Shown: positions 11,293 to 23,640 of the stretch, piece after piece | Numbering within the stretch: the stretch's first letter is position 1 | Layout of the letters: each line of letters starts with the position of its first letter | DNA from: Pocillopora damicornis | Taxonomy: Eukaryota | Direction of reading: 5' to 3' | Length of the DNA stretch: 64,000 nucleotides | NCBI RefSeq assembly: GCF_003704095.1 | Contig: NW_020843829.1 | Span: forward strand, 186,001 to 250,000 | Program-made: the position numbers and the translations under genes | Notes under the pieces: model-generated | Databases searched by the model: none | What the model was told of the DNA's origin: nothing | What the model saw: the letters and a program-made list of their open reading frames with translations, nothing else

Positions 11293-14200
11293 CTACTCAT
11301 CCTTTACCTCACCCACAATCGCAACTGCTTCTATCTCAACTTTTCCATACTGAAAAGAAATATATAAAAATTCCTTATTTCAGTGTATCTTTACCTTGGG
11401 AGTCGCACGAATTATGATCTGGGACCTATGCAGTATTTTCCAGGATGTGGATACCAAACCAACATCTTAATACCGTTTGGGGGCACGCCAGGGTTTTTTC
11501 TGCTACAGAGAGTTTTTGATCGAGCATCGAAAGTAAACCAGGACTGTACGTCACTCTGTGTAGGTTTAGAAAACCCACGCCACCGTCTTAGCTAATCAGA
11601 TACAAAAGATACACCAATCGCGACCAGAACCTTATAACATCAGCTTATATCGTGATATGGTCACTCACGTTTCCCCGCGTATTTTCACTCGCGTTTTCAC
11701 GCGCGTTACCCAGCTTGGTTTTTTTTCTCTTTGAGTTTTCATTAGTTCCTTGTGTTATGTACCTTGTACTTTGGTTTTTGGTTTCAAGGCATTTAATTGA
11801 AACACCTTTTGTGAAAAGTATCACTTTTTCTAGACAGAGAGGGGCAAGGTGTACCCTGGGAGCCTTCCCCTCTACTACCCTTGACAGAAAAAGGAAAAAA
11901 AGGTAAATTTTCTGATGGATGAAATGTTTATTACCTTGGGAAGATTTCCTACTTGATAGGCTGCCCTTGCTGGCTGTTTTGAAGTGAAAACTGTGAAGAA
12001 TAAACAATATGGAATGCTTTCCTTCACTAAAAGCCAATCAGAGTACAGTGCAACCCTTAATACTTTCACTCACAAGATCTCATTAGTAATTTTCCTCGTT
12101 GTCTGCCATACAATTATAGTGAAGTTAGTTTGGAGAATTTGATATTGGATCGACTAATTAATCTCATTAGGTTACCCTCATTATTGCAGGCAACCCTGTT
12201 TGAACTCTGGCTGAGGAGAGTCATGGAGTGATGAGTCTTAAAACTGAACGCAATGGAAACTCTGGCCAGGACTCATTCCCAGACCCTTTAATCCTGACTC
12301 TACTAAGCTATCCAGTTGATCACCATGAATCCTACTATATAGACAAAAACCATTTAAACCTTTAACACCCAGAAGTGATTAACATGTAACTTCTCCCTAC
12401 AAAATCCAAACAGTATTCAGCAAAAATGTGATGAGAATACTAAAACTTATCAGGTAGGAGTAGTGATCTTGAACTAACACCAAATTCTGGTAACTCAGTT
12501 ATAGGGAAACTTCTAGAAGCTAGTAGGGAGAATTAACAATCAGATCTTGGGAGTTAAAGGGTTAACAACCGTTACATTGAAAATCACATCAATGACAGTA
12601 AACTCACAGGTGGCATAAACCTCATTCACTTTGGCAAAGTCTCCAATGTCCGCCAATAGAACGGTGGTCTTCACAACTAACATGTAAATTTTGCTTGCAT
12701 ATTAGAAACATGCCATGATTAGTTTGCTAAAATTTGACAGTCCAGATCTGATGATTTCCCTTACATTTGTAAATCAAAAGTTCACAAAATAATCTACAAG
12801 AATTGGTGCAAGTGCTTCTAACTTGATATAGATATCATTACTCAAAAGTAAAAATATTGCTTGCTGCTGGCAATTTTTTTGAAGCCATTCTTTTTATCTG
12901 GACAGCAAACTTTAAATTATAATACTTATAAAATGAAGAGTATAAAAAGTTCTTCTTCTTCTTCCTCTGTCACCCCACCTCTTTCTATATAGTAAATAGT
13001 AAATACTACTGGGTAATCTTTAAAATTAATTAATAATAACAAGGCCAGACCACAACACCAGAAGCTATATTCCTTGCTCTTTACAAGAAGTGCGTGGGTT
13101 CATTAACCTCCCTTGCTAACCAGTACAGAGGAGATGTAGGAGATGGGGCTTACAGTTAATTACCCTTAGCTGAGAAGACCAGCGAGTCTAACCACTTACA
13201 GATGTCATAGCAAAGGTGACACATTCTCCTCAGTTATTTTTTAGACCCTGAGTGTTGGTCTGGTCTGGGGCTTGAACCCTCCCATGACCAAGTTACATAC
13301 CTTTGTCAAATGAGGAGCCTCCTGCCTCCAGAATATGGCCCATGTTGGTCAATGCCTTCATATAAACAGCATAGAAATTAATTAACCCTTTAACTCCCAA
13401 GATCTCATTAGTAATTCTCATTACTGTCTGTCATACAATTCATATGTTAGTTTGGAGAATTTGGAATTGGATCAACAAATAATCCCTCAATTGATATTTT
13501 TCTTTATTCTCATCACTTGTCTGCTTGATATTGAGCAGATAGTGTAAGGAGAAATTCTATCTTGGTCACTAGTGAGACTTAAAGGGTTGATAAAAGTAGG
13601 TCTCAGGAGACAATATTGTCAATAAGGACAGAAGATGAGATAAAACTGGAATTCCCTTCATAGGAAGTGTGGTGTGTATTGTATTAAACATACTTTTGTT
13701 AAAAATACCTGCTTAGTTTGCTCTGTGACATCATCTGATACAAAATCCATAGTCTTTCCAGATGACAAAAAGACAAAATATAAAAAAAATATGACAATGT
13801 TTATATCAAATTGAATGGTAAAATAGTTACAAGTACCTGTTCAAGGGTGTAGTACACATTTCTTTTTAACCCTTCTGGGATTCATATTTTTAAACAAAAA
13901 GTATCTCTGGTTTGTTATCATCAGAGTGAGTACAGTGTCTTTACAGTGGTCAGTTCAAATTTGAGCCTGAAGGGGGTTATGGTAATGACTTCTGTCAGTC
14001 TGAGATTAACACCTTGAAGTTGAAGATAGTGGGTATTCAAAGTGCTACCCTGGTTCAGCAAGCTGATGCCACTGACAGACTAATTCTATATACAATCTGA
14101 ATTACAAACATCATCCCCCACTGATGCCAAGGTTGCAAGAACTCTGCCCTTTGTCTTTGTAAGGAGGTGGGGGAGGAGGATGGGGAATCAGGTCAAGTAG

Positions 14201-15419
14201 CTATAGAGTCCATAACTTCTGGTGTTTATCCCCAGTTTTTGTGGCATGAAGAGACCAGGAGTATCTCTACTCCCACTTTGGGGGGGAAGAGGCTCCTTAT
14301 TCATCTTAGGTAATCTCATTGAATTTTGAGGGATTTCCCAAGCATAGGAATATATTTTCCAAGAATAAAGCACAAAAAAGGAGCCAGTATTCCAATTGGG
14401 ACCTCTTGATCTTGTGTCCAGCAGACTAATCACTTGGTAAACATGCCTCCCATCATGCTGTCACGTGATGCGAATTATCTTAATTTAATTATGGTTACAC
14501 TCACGTTTGGGTCTAGTCCCAGCTGTCCAGACACATACATTGTTTTGTCTGCAATTACAGCTTGGCTGTTCAAAATAGGAAGGAGCCAATATGAGTCTCT
14601 TTTAGAACACTATTTAGATTACCAGCTTACCACTTTCACAGCAGTTCTCTTGGTTGGCAAGAGAACTGATGTGCAAGTTGGAAGTCATGAGTTCGAGGCC
14701 TAATGAGACTACTCAAGGTGAGGCCTCAAAAAAATGTTGTAGGTCGTTCTGGTTGTGATCGAGACTTCGTTTCAGCTCACATGATTACACATCTCACGAT
14801 TGACACCCAGGAAGGGAGGGGGAAACTCCTCCACATAGGCTATGTAGGCATGCACAGCTCCAAGGAGTGTTGTTGAAGACCCCTTTTGGTCCGAAACAGG
14901 GTATCAATTTGATGCGTTTAGGTCGATCTTTCACGTCCCTCTAATTCTATTTTTCTCGATGCTACGGGCATACTCGTAACTTCTTCTTCGAAATATTTAC
15001 CTGTACACACCACGAATCGGCTGAACTCCCTTCGAAGTATGGACAATCTTTCTTACAGTATCCATGTGTAAATCTTAGGAGAAGTAACTTAAACTGAGTT
15101 GCTTCATGGACCATCGAGGGTGGAGAGGGGCAACGTTTTTGTCTCTCCTTCCTGAGAGCGACTCTCTCCGATCGCAAAGGTTTTCCAAAAAATAAACTTA
15201 CAAATTCCGTCTAAAATGAAAACTTAACGAGTACTTGAAACAATGCACGTGAGCGAGACTTTCAATTACTTATTTTTGTCTGCACATTTAATCAGTGTCG
15301 TCTGTCTTTGTACCCCGACGCACACTCCCTCGTATTTAACTTTGTTGATCTTACTTGTAAGGTCCAATGGCTCCAGGAGCTTTGGAAGTGCTTACTATTT
15401 TTCTGATTGTGGCAGCCAT
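11293..15419 (-). CDS. RIDA: 2-iminobutanoate/2-iminopropanoate deaminase (RidA/YjgF/UK114 family), 135 aa
   Basis: Seven GT-AG exons with consistent phases: 15419-15355, 14565-14505, 13753-13709, 13355-13301, 12676-12608, 11990-11935, 11349-11293. Motifs KAPGAIGPYNQAV, YVSGQLGLDP, VVKTTVLLADIGDF, PARAAYQVGNLPK, VEIEAVA. Confidence 0.97.
12354..12565. mobile_element. piggyBac-type MITE (~210 bp), subfamily B
   Basis: TTAA-ACCTTTAACACCC...GGGAGTTAAAGGG-TTAA. Interior shared with 19605, 50264, 56755. Confidence 0.75.
13040..13290 (-). mobile_element. SINE-like interspersed repeat
   Basis: Ends in GGGGCTTGAACCC (minus-strand B-box-like GGTTCAAGCCC). Non-coding, intronic. Confidence 0.45.
13382..13590. 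mobile_element. piggyBac-type MITE, subfamily A
   Basis: TTAA-CCCTTTAACTCCC...CTTAAAGGG-TTGA. Interior shared with 12053, 22262, 28765, 53600. Confidence 0.75.
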
Positions 15420-15765
15420 TCCTCTTAACATCCCTGTATAATTTATGTATATGTTGCGACACGCGATGCCACAAACCGATCGCAAAGATGGCGGGAATAA
15501 TCCGAGTAACTTTCCCCAGGGGGGCGGAGAGTCGGAGTTGACAAACGAAGCGACGTATCCCCATAGAGAGGGAGAGAGTTTGAGTAAACGTCAGACTTCA
15601 CTGGACAGCGGGTGTTTTTAAAGACTAAGTTTCGATAGTACTTGATGATCAACGAGGATTCAGAACGTTGCTGGATGGTGGATGGTGAATGTCGGTCGAT
15701 GATATAGCTCACAGCAAGGTCTGGGATTCTTCTCTCTGAATATACCCAACCAAGATTGCAGAAGC
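15420..15765. promoter_or_regulatory. Bidirectional CpG-rich promoter (RIDA / orphan 7TM gene) with YY1-like motif
   Basis: Divergent ATGs 347 bp apart. AAGATGGCG at 15485. CpG-dense relative to the flanking introns. Confidence 0.6.
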
Positions 15766-18700
15766 ATGGTCTGTAACATAACTATCTGTTATAATTTGAC
15801 GTCTCTTCACGTACTAAACGGAAACTGCAATGGTAAGCAAATAAACGAAAGGTAACGAAACGTCGGCCTTCCCTTATAAGCTAAGGCTCTAACTGAATAG
15901 TGAGTACCTTTGATATCGCTGATGAGCATGAGTTCAGTCAAAAGGTAGCCCTCTATGAGATGCTAATTGAGTTTCAAATTTCGATTAATTTTTCACTCAG
16001 TGTAGAGACCTTTCCAAGTGTACACAGAGTGGAAAACTTACAAATTTTGTCGCTCCTGTGAACTGGAAAAGATGTCCTCTTTGTTCAGAGAAAACTAATG
16101 GAGGTTACTGACTGATTGCAATCGATTTTGTAACCTGGGTTTTGTTTCCCAACATTTCATTAACATCTCAGTTTCAATTTCCAATCTTTTTTTTTTTACT
16201 TTTACTTACAAATATCAAAGATTCCAATAATAGTATTTAAAAATTACAGGAAATGGAATGCAATATCTTATTGATTAGTTGCCCTTGTCTCATAACATAT
16301 TAAAGAACTGTAACAAAGCCGAAGAGATTTTGTGATGGACAATTGAATGGGGAATGAGAGTTGCAAAAGGGGGGCAAAGGAGATTCAAATCTCCTGCTTG
16401 AACAAAGGTTTATAAGCTATCCTATTGCTTCTTCCTGATTTAACTACAGACTTCTGACCCCTTTTGTTATGAGTACTGCAGATGAATGATTAAAAATGGA
16501 TATTTATCTTTTAGCATTTGCATCTACTTTCTAACCCATCAGCTCATACCTCTTCTGCCCCTTCTTCCATCTTGGGTGTCCGGAAAGCTAAGACCTAAGT
16601 CCTAAGACCCAAGACCTGGAAAACTAAGACCCTGGTTTCTTTTATGGGAAATCATCAAATTTCAGCTTCCTTACCTGGATTAAAGTTTTCTGCATTACTT
16701 CAAGTTGTAAAGTGAATTCCACATCTTAATATATGTGTCTCCTTGCTTTTACTTTCTGAGCTGACATTCTGTTTTCACAGAAACTGAAAACTAGTAAATG
16801 GTAGACTGTGTTGGTGGGTAAACTGGAGCGAGCATAGCCCTTTTCATTTCTCTTAGGGCTCTGAGGCTAGTTGTATTACTAACATTTTTTTTTTATAAGT
16901 GACTAATTCTTGTTCATCCTTGAGTGTTTTATGAAGAAANNNNNNNNNNNNNNNNNNNNNNNNNNNNNNNNNNNNNNNNNNNNNNNNNNNNNNNNNNNNN
17001 NNNNNNNNNNNNNNNNNNNNNNNNNNNNNNNNNNNNNNNGACCCAGAGTCCAGCACACTGACTACTGGACTACTCTCGTCTCACGTTTAGTTTCTAGGGC
17101 ATTTGCAACGCAGATTGATCACTGGAAATTGTATCTTTGGCTTTAAGGATTTTTTCATTTTGCCATACATAACCTATAGTGTAAGACAAATGAGAACACT
17201 TTTCTTATATGTTAATAAGCAATTACTGATCAGAATGAGGTTGAGCATGTTATTATACAAAAACCAAATTCATTAGTTGTTTTATTCTACATTTTTTAAA
17301 CAATCTGCAAAAGGAAAAAAACACCTCTCTCTGAGTTTGAAAAAGTTTGAGAACACTACACGAACAAGGGGCTTGGAAATTAACCAGAATTTGAACATGG
17401 CATCATGGTGATAAGTGCAATCCACTGTAGGTATTGCATTTATCATGTCAACTTTACATGCTATTATGTAAAGATTGAATGCTATCAGTCAATCATATTT
17501 TTCATGGTAAGTCTAATTAACAATTATTCACCTCAGGCTCAGTGAATATTTCTGAATAGTCCCTGAGACAAAGTCAGGGGATTATCCAACAATCTTCAGT
17601 GAGCCTGAGGCAAGTAATTGTTTTAGTATAATTGCCCACAATAGTGTTTTTTTCTTTTGCTGATTGTTTAAAAAATGTAGAATAAAACAACTTATGAATT
17701 GGGTTTTTGTATTATATCATGCTCAACCTCTTTCTGATCAGTAATTTCTTATTAACATATAAGAAAAGTTTGTTTTGATGTTAAAACCATTCTGTTTTAA
17801 TTGTTCTGACCACTTGTATTGAGATAAAGAGCCAGTTTCCACTAAAATTTGATAGGTTCACTTGATCAATCAGCAAAAACTTTATAAGTTTGTTAGAGTA
17901 TAATTTTCTGGTGATTATCGAGATGTGCATGCTCTGATTGGTTGAGGATTGGGTCATATCTCCCTATAATTACCTCACAAAGGTGATTACAGTAGGGGTG
18001 TTAATTTTCAAAATGGCTGATGTTGGCAGCATCAAATGTTAGCAAGGACATGATAAAGGCCATTGAAGAAAATTTAATTCCAGCTGGTACAAAAGATGCC
18101 ATTGAGTTTGGCATAACACTTTTCAAAAGAGAGATATGAAGTTTTTGCAGACTGAATTAAATAAACCTGTTAAATTCTAGTGGAAACTGGTTGTATATTT
18201 TGATACCATTTAACAAAACAATTATACCAGAATGGTTTCAACACCAAAACAAACTTACAACAGAATTTGGAATCAGCAGAACAGCTTTGTCTTTGGGATT
18301 ACTCAACAATATACACTTTGCCTTCCGCAAATAATTGTTCAATAATATTAACTGAGGGAACCATTGTTCTGTCTAGATCAGCTGTTGGAGCAGGTATCTA
18401 CTCAAATGCAACTCAACACTTTCGAGTGGGACTGCAAGTCTACTTCATTGCAGGTATCTGCAGTATTAATAATCAATAATATTCCTACAGTTGCATAAAT
18501 CTTAACTTATTGCTTTTGATCCCAATAAGGTAAACTGGGCATAGTTAAAAACAGTGCAAGGCTCAATGGTCTGATCATTTAAACATTTTTAGCTGTTGTC
18601 TAACAAAACAGCATCCTAGACAATCCTTGTTTTAGCTGAACTTTTTATCTGAACATTTATATTTCTGAACAGCATCAAGAGGTTAAAAGCTAAGAGTAGG

Positions 18701-21700
18701 AGGACATTCATTTAATCAAATCAACCCTCTTATTGAGAAAGCTGGAGGCCCACTGATGATATAAAACTGTGGGTTAAGGTAGCCTGCAGAGCAGGTGGAA
18801 TTTTGGCAAGAGATTGCTCAGTATTTTCTTAGGGGAAAATTATGGTGGCAATCTTTTAATTTAATGGCAGTAGAATACTGAGGAGAGAAATTTGTTTCTA
18901 GGGGGCAGTTGATGGTCAAAAATAAGGAGTAGGGTGGGGGTGGGGGAGTGAAGATTTTTGCCTTTGGCTGCCTGCCTCCCCCACCGCTTCTATCTCCAAA
19001 TCAAACATGGCTAGTTGAATAAATGATCACAAGCTTCTTAACATTAACTCACCCTTGTAAGACTGTCGCCTGCACTGTAGGCTTGAGATAGGGTAGACCT
19101 TGTGTAAATAACCAGCCAAATATGTTTATCACAATTACAATGACTATGAACCAATGCAAATGTATTTGTGTTTTTAGATGGAGTGTTAAAGTCATTTGAG
19201 GTAAGATCAAAAAAAGAAGAGGTAGCTCTTTGCAGATAAGTCATATCTGTTGCATAAAGTTATTGTCAAGAGGTATTCAAATTTGTGATGTATGATCATT
19301 CAGCTTTTAAACTTGAAGTTTACGTTAATGTTATGCTAAATGTATTCTTCTGCAAGTTTTACGAATTGTTTTGAAACTTTGTCCACCAGTAAGTACATCA
19401 TCACTTGTCTGCTTGATATTGTGATGAGAAATTTTGTCTTGGTCACTCACCGGAGTTGAAGGGTTAACATTTAGTAATGTGGTGTTAAGTCTTTTGTCAA
19501 TTCATAATTATGATTTTTAGTAAATATTTATTTACGAAAAATGTAACTGTGAAAAATTTAAAAAATGTGGTTAAGGGTGATCCTCAAAATAATTATATGT
19601 TGGTTTAACCCTTTAACTCCCACAAGTGATTAACATGTAACTTCTCCCCAAAATATCCATATATTATGCAGCAAATAGGTAATGAGAATACTCAAACTCA
19701 TCAGGTAGAAATTGTTATCTTGGTAAAACACCAAATTCTTGTGACTAGTTTACAAGGTAATGTGCAGCAGCTAGAGGGGAGAATCGACAATCAGATCATG
19801 GGAGTTTAAGGGTTGAATGACTTCTGTTAACAATGTGAGCAGATGGTATCATGAGGACTTTTGCAGACAAGGTCTGAATATCAATTCTTCATGCTATCTG
19901 CTATACATTTCTTACACTTACAACATTGAGAATTTGGTAGTAAATCAAGTGATATCCTGTTGTTAATATTTTCCACTTCTTTGCGTCACCTTTTTGTTTG
20001 AAAATGTATTAAGGATGTAAGGAGATATTCCTTGTTGGTCATTCCCAGAAATAAAAGGTCAATAGCTTTTCCATTTTGAAAGTATCATTTAAGTCAAGTC
20101 TTAAGTTGGTATTCAGTTGAAAGATTTAATGAATTTATGACTGGTTATTTAATTTCTGAGTTGAACTAGGTTATTTTGATTTTTTTTTCTAGGTTTTTTG
20201 TTTGTTATGTGCACTGAATCATCAATGGCAGTTTAGATCATCAGGTAGCTATTGATTATTGATATGTAATGACACTTTCTTCATTTCTTGCACACCAAAT
20301 GCCATTTTTCTGCCAGGCAAAGAAAGTGTCAGCACTTTATTGACAATTCAAGCCAACACTTACAAACAGATCATAATTTATTGTAAATTTGCAAGCTATT
20401 ACTGAAAAAATAAACCTTTGGCAAGCTTGCCATAGCTTGATATCAGAGGAACAACATGCCAATTGGTGACAAAATAGAGAAGGGGGATGGGTGGGTGGGT
20501 GGGCAAGTACATTTAAGCTGTTGTTTTGTTTCATATGGCAAGAAATAAGCAAATGAGTCACATGGTCGGGTGGCATCTAATATCCTAACTTGAACCCAGC
20601 CCTTAACTTAGTATGAGAGAACCTTCCTCTTTCCTCAGCTAGCATGAACACTTTTTCCATTTGATTCCTGTAACAATCCTGTGACTGGTGTACCAAGAGT
20701 AAGTGTTATTGATACAGTCAATCTGGTTTGATTTGTTTCTTCCCAAACCAGGATTTCTTATGCAGGAAATAAGGAGTTTGAATTCGGGAGGGCACAGTAC
20801 AAGTAGCTCTGAAACTGGATCACGGACTGGAATTACAACTACAATGGTATTTTTGAAGTTTAATTTCCATATGCAGATTTAAGAAGTTTTATGTTTGCTG
20901 CAATTGATAGACTCACTATACATTCAATTAATTGAGAAATCTCTCTGCTGTGTGCTGCACCATTTACGCATGGTTTCTTTTAAAAAGGTGGAATGTCTAT
21001 GCATATTTTCTCATAGCAATATAATCTGATTGGTTGAATAAATCTCTTCTTATTGGTAGAATTAATTTTTCTGAGGTTGATGTAAAAATGTAGTTTTATA
21101 TCCCTTAAATGTCAAAACCATGAAGTGTGNNNNNNNNNNNNNNNNNNNNNNNNNNNNNNNNNNNNNNNNNNNNCTCCTCCACCCATGACTTAGTATATCA
21201 TGTTGGTGCTTTATCAGGCGGACCATTTTTGGAAGGCTTTGAAAAATTGCATTTTGTTTTAACAACCATACCAATGAATATTTGATTAAAATCTTTTGAT
21301 TTGTTTTTATCACCAACCCGCAGTTTTCAAGTAAGAAAGTGATCATTTTGTTCACAGTACAAGTACTATTGGTAATACTGTTTCTGACATTACTGGAAGC
21401 TTGTATGTAAGTATTCTTTGAAGTACTTGCTTAAATTTGTGAGTCAATTTACATATTCTGCCATTGCTGCCAATGATTGTCCTTTCCCGAAATGACATAT
21501 TTAAAACCAAATCTCCATTTTGGCTTGGTCAAGTCTCCACTGACAGAGGTAGTTCCATTTTAATTTCCATACAATCAACTGAATTATTATAAATAAGTGT
21601 TTATCTGGTGTGATATTATTTGATATAGTATCAATTTATTAATGTACCTACACTCTAATAAGTGTCCTACCCCAAATAAGCGCCCAGCCCCTAAGACATA

Positions 21701-23265
21701 ATATCAAGCCCCTCTCAAATAAGCACCCCCCTTCCTCCCTCACTTTCTTAGATATTATGGATACAAGGAATACCTGTTTCTATTGCCACTTTTTTTATAT
21801 CTTTAAGCTTCAACTATACAGTACAGGAAATTAATGAGCACCTCCCTCGATTGAGTGCCCCTCCTTTTTGCAGAAATACCATATCCAGGAAATACTGTAT
21901 CTGTATTTACAATCATATTGAGTAGTGAATATTTCTTATTTTTTATTTTAATAGGTGTGGCTATTTGAGACAACTTTTTTGGACGTACATGGCCTTATTT
22001 TGGACACAGGCTCTTTTGACAATTATTTGGGTCATTTTGATTTTTTGGTATGATGATGAAGAGGGCCCAACACTTATGACAAAGGTGAGTTTGAATTAAT
22101 TAAGAGTAACTTCAGTATTTACTGATATACTGTAAGTAAATAAATTTAACATATAATTTTCNNNNNNNNNNNNNNNNNNNNNNNNNNNNNNNNNNNNNNN
22201 NNNNNNNNNNNNNNNNNNNNNNNNNNNNNNNNNNNNNNNNNNNNNNNNNNNNNNNNNNNNNTTCTCCTTACAATATCAATACAATATCAACTAGATAAGT
22301 GATGAGAATAAAGAATATTAATTTGAGGATAATTACTTGATCTGATACTTAATTCTCTGAACTAACATTACAAGAATGGTATGGTTGACAGTAAGGAGAA
22401 TTACAAATTTGATCTGGGAGTTAAAGGGTTAAGGTGAATGATATCTAATATTTCTTTTCAGGTGAACCATGGAAGTATTTTACTTCATATGATTTGGCAT
22501 TGTTCCTCCTGATTCCTGCTCTTATAATTTTCTTTCTTGTTCTGCGCAAAGAGTATCTCAGACTGGATCAGGTAAGAATAACTATATCAGGATTGTGTTT
22601 ATTTTTTTCCTTGTGTGTTGAAGTTGTTTGCAGAGGTCTCAAGGGCTGGGGGGCCAAGCTTAGCCTCAGATACATTTGACTTGGAGCACAAGCGTATATC
22701 TTTTCCTTGGTGCTTGCTACAGATCTTTTGTCTATAGTGTTTAGTTCTTTCAGGAGTAGTGGGCTCCTGGTTCTTGATATTAAAAAAGTGCCCAATTTTG
22801 GCAGTTACACTAATTGGTTGATGTCAAGACATGCAGGAGTTGTATATTTATTTGGGTGCCTGTCTGCATCTCAAATGCATCTGTTTCGTATATTCACAGT
22901 TGTTTTTTCGTACTTTTTTTGCATACCTGCTTCTCCACCACCCTCCCCCCCTCTTCTCTATGATAATAATACTTCAAGGTAGGGATCTGCCACAGAAAAT
23001 TTTGAGGATGGAAAAAAAGATATTAATTTTATTTTGTTAGCACTTGCATTTTAACTAATAAATAACTGGTTATTAATGCTTAATTATTATGATAGAGGAA
23101 TAATTTGGGTAGTGATGTTGTTGAAATATGATTTAAAGATATTTATAACGGAAGTTATTACATCATTTTGTTTTTCTTTGTTTACAGGAAGCTAAGTACA
23201 GCATGTTAGGTGCTGAAGTTGATTCTTTGTTTTCTGAATATTCACACAATTCACAGCAAAGTTAA
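15766..23265 (+). CDS. Uncharacterised multi-pass (probably 7TM) membrane protein; partial because of gaps
   Basis: Exons 15766-15832 (MVCNITICYNLTS...), [gap], 18377-18453, 19178-19200, 20193-20244, 20752-20846, 21324-21406, 21955-22084, [gap], 22462-22571, 23188-23265. Phases chain without stops between the gaps. Hydrophobic helices VIILFTVQVLLVILFLTLL, LFWTYMALFWTQALLTIIWVILIFW, YDLALFLLIPALIIFFLVL. Confidence 0.75.
17199..17769. repeat. Long inverted repeat (~120-bp arms) enclosing a small self-inverted element (17515-17630)
   Basis: TTTCTTATATGTTAATAAG...GAGGTTGAGCATG...TTATTCTACATTTTTTAAACAATC pairs with GATTGTTTAAAAAATGTAGAATAA...CATGCTCAACCTC...CTTATTAACATATAAGAAA. The inner element is CCTCAGGCTCAGTGAA...TTCAGTGAGCCTGAGG. 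Confidence 0.8.
19605..19816. mobile_element. piggyBac-type MITE, subfamily B
   Basis: TTAA-CCCTTTAACTCCC...GGGAGTTTAAGGG-TTGA. Confidence 0.75.
21645..21900. mobile_element. AATAAGCGCC-repeat MITE-like element; related at ~33345-33420 and ~58740-58845
   Basis: Repeated AATAAGCGCCC/AATAAGTGTCC units and TACTGTA/TACAGTA ends. Confidence 0.45.
22262..22432. mobile_element. piggyBac-type MITE, subfamily A (truncated by gap)
   Basis: Ends GGGAGTTAAAGGG-TTAA. Confidence 0.7.
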
Positions 23266-23394
23266 AGGTGTTTGGATACATCTTTGAGACACCTGCCTCT
23301 GTCAGTTAAGCATTTGATAGGAAAAAACTGTTTAGTTATTCTTAACAAAAGTATTAAAAGTTGTAATGTACAATCCATCATTAGTTAGTAATGA

Positions 23395-23640
23395 ATAAAA
23401 CTTACTAGTAATGGCAACCTCTTGACAGAAGTTGAGACAGTCAGAAGGTACATTTCTAGATGCAGCAATGAATTGGAGTGTTACTCGTTAGTTTATATTA
23501 ATAATGTAGAAAGGATCATAATTGATGGTTCAAAAATTGTCATAAGTAAGAAATGAATACAACTTACTAGTAATGAAAGCCAATTTACAGTAGTTGAGAC
23601 AGTCAGAATGTACATTATGGATGCAGCAATGACTTGAGGT
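23395..23640. repeat. Diverged direct duplication (~162-bp period) in the presumed 3' UTR
   Basis: AACTTACTAGTAATG...AGTTGAGACAGTCAGAA..TACATT...ATGCAGCAATGA occurs at ~23399 and ~23561. Confidence 0.7.
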
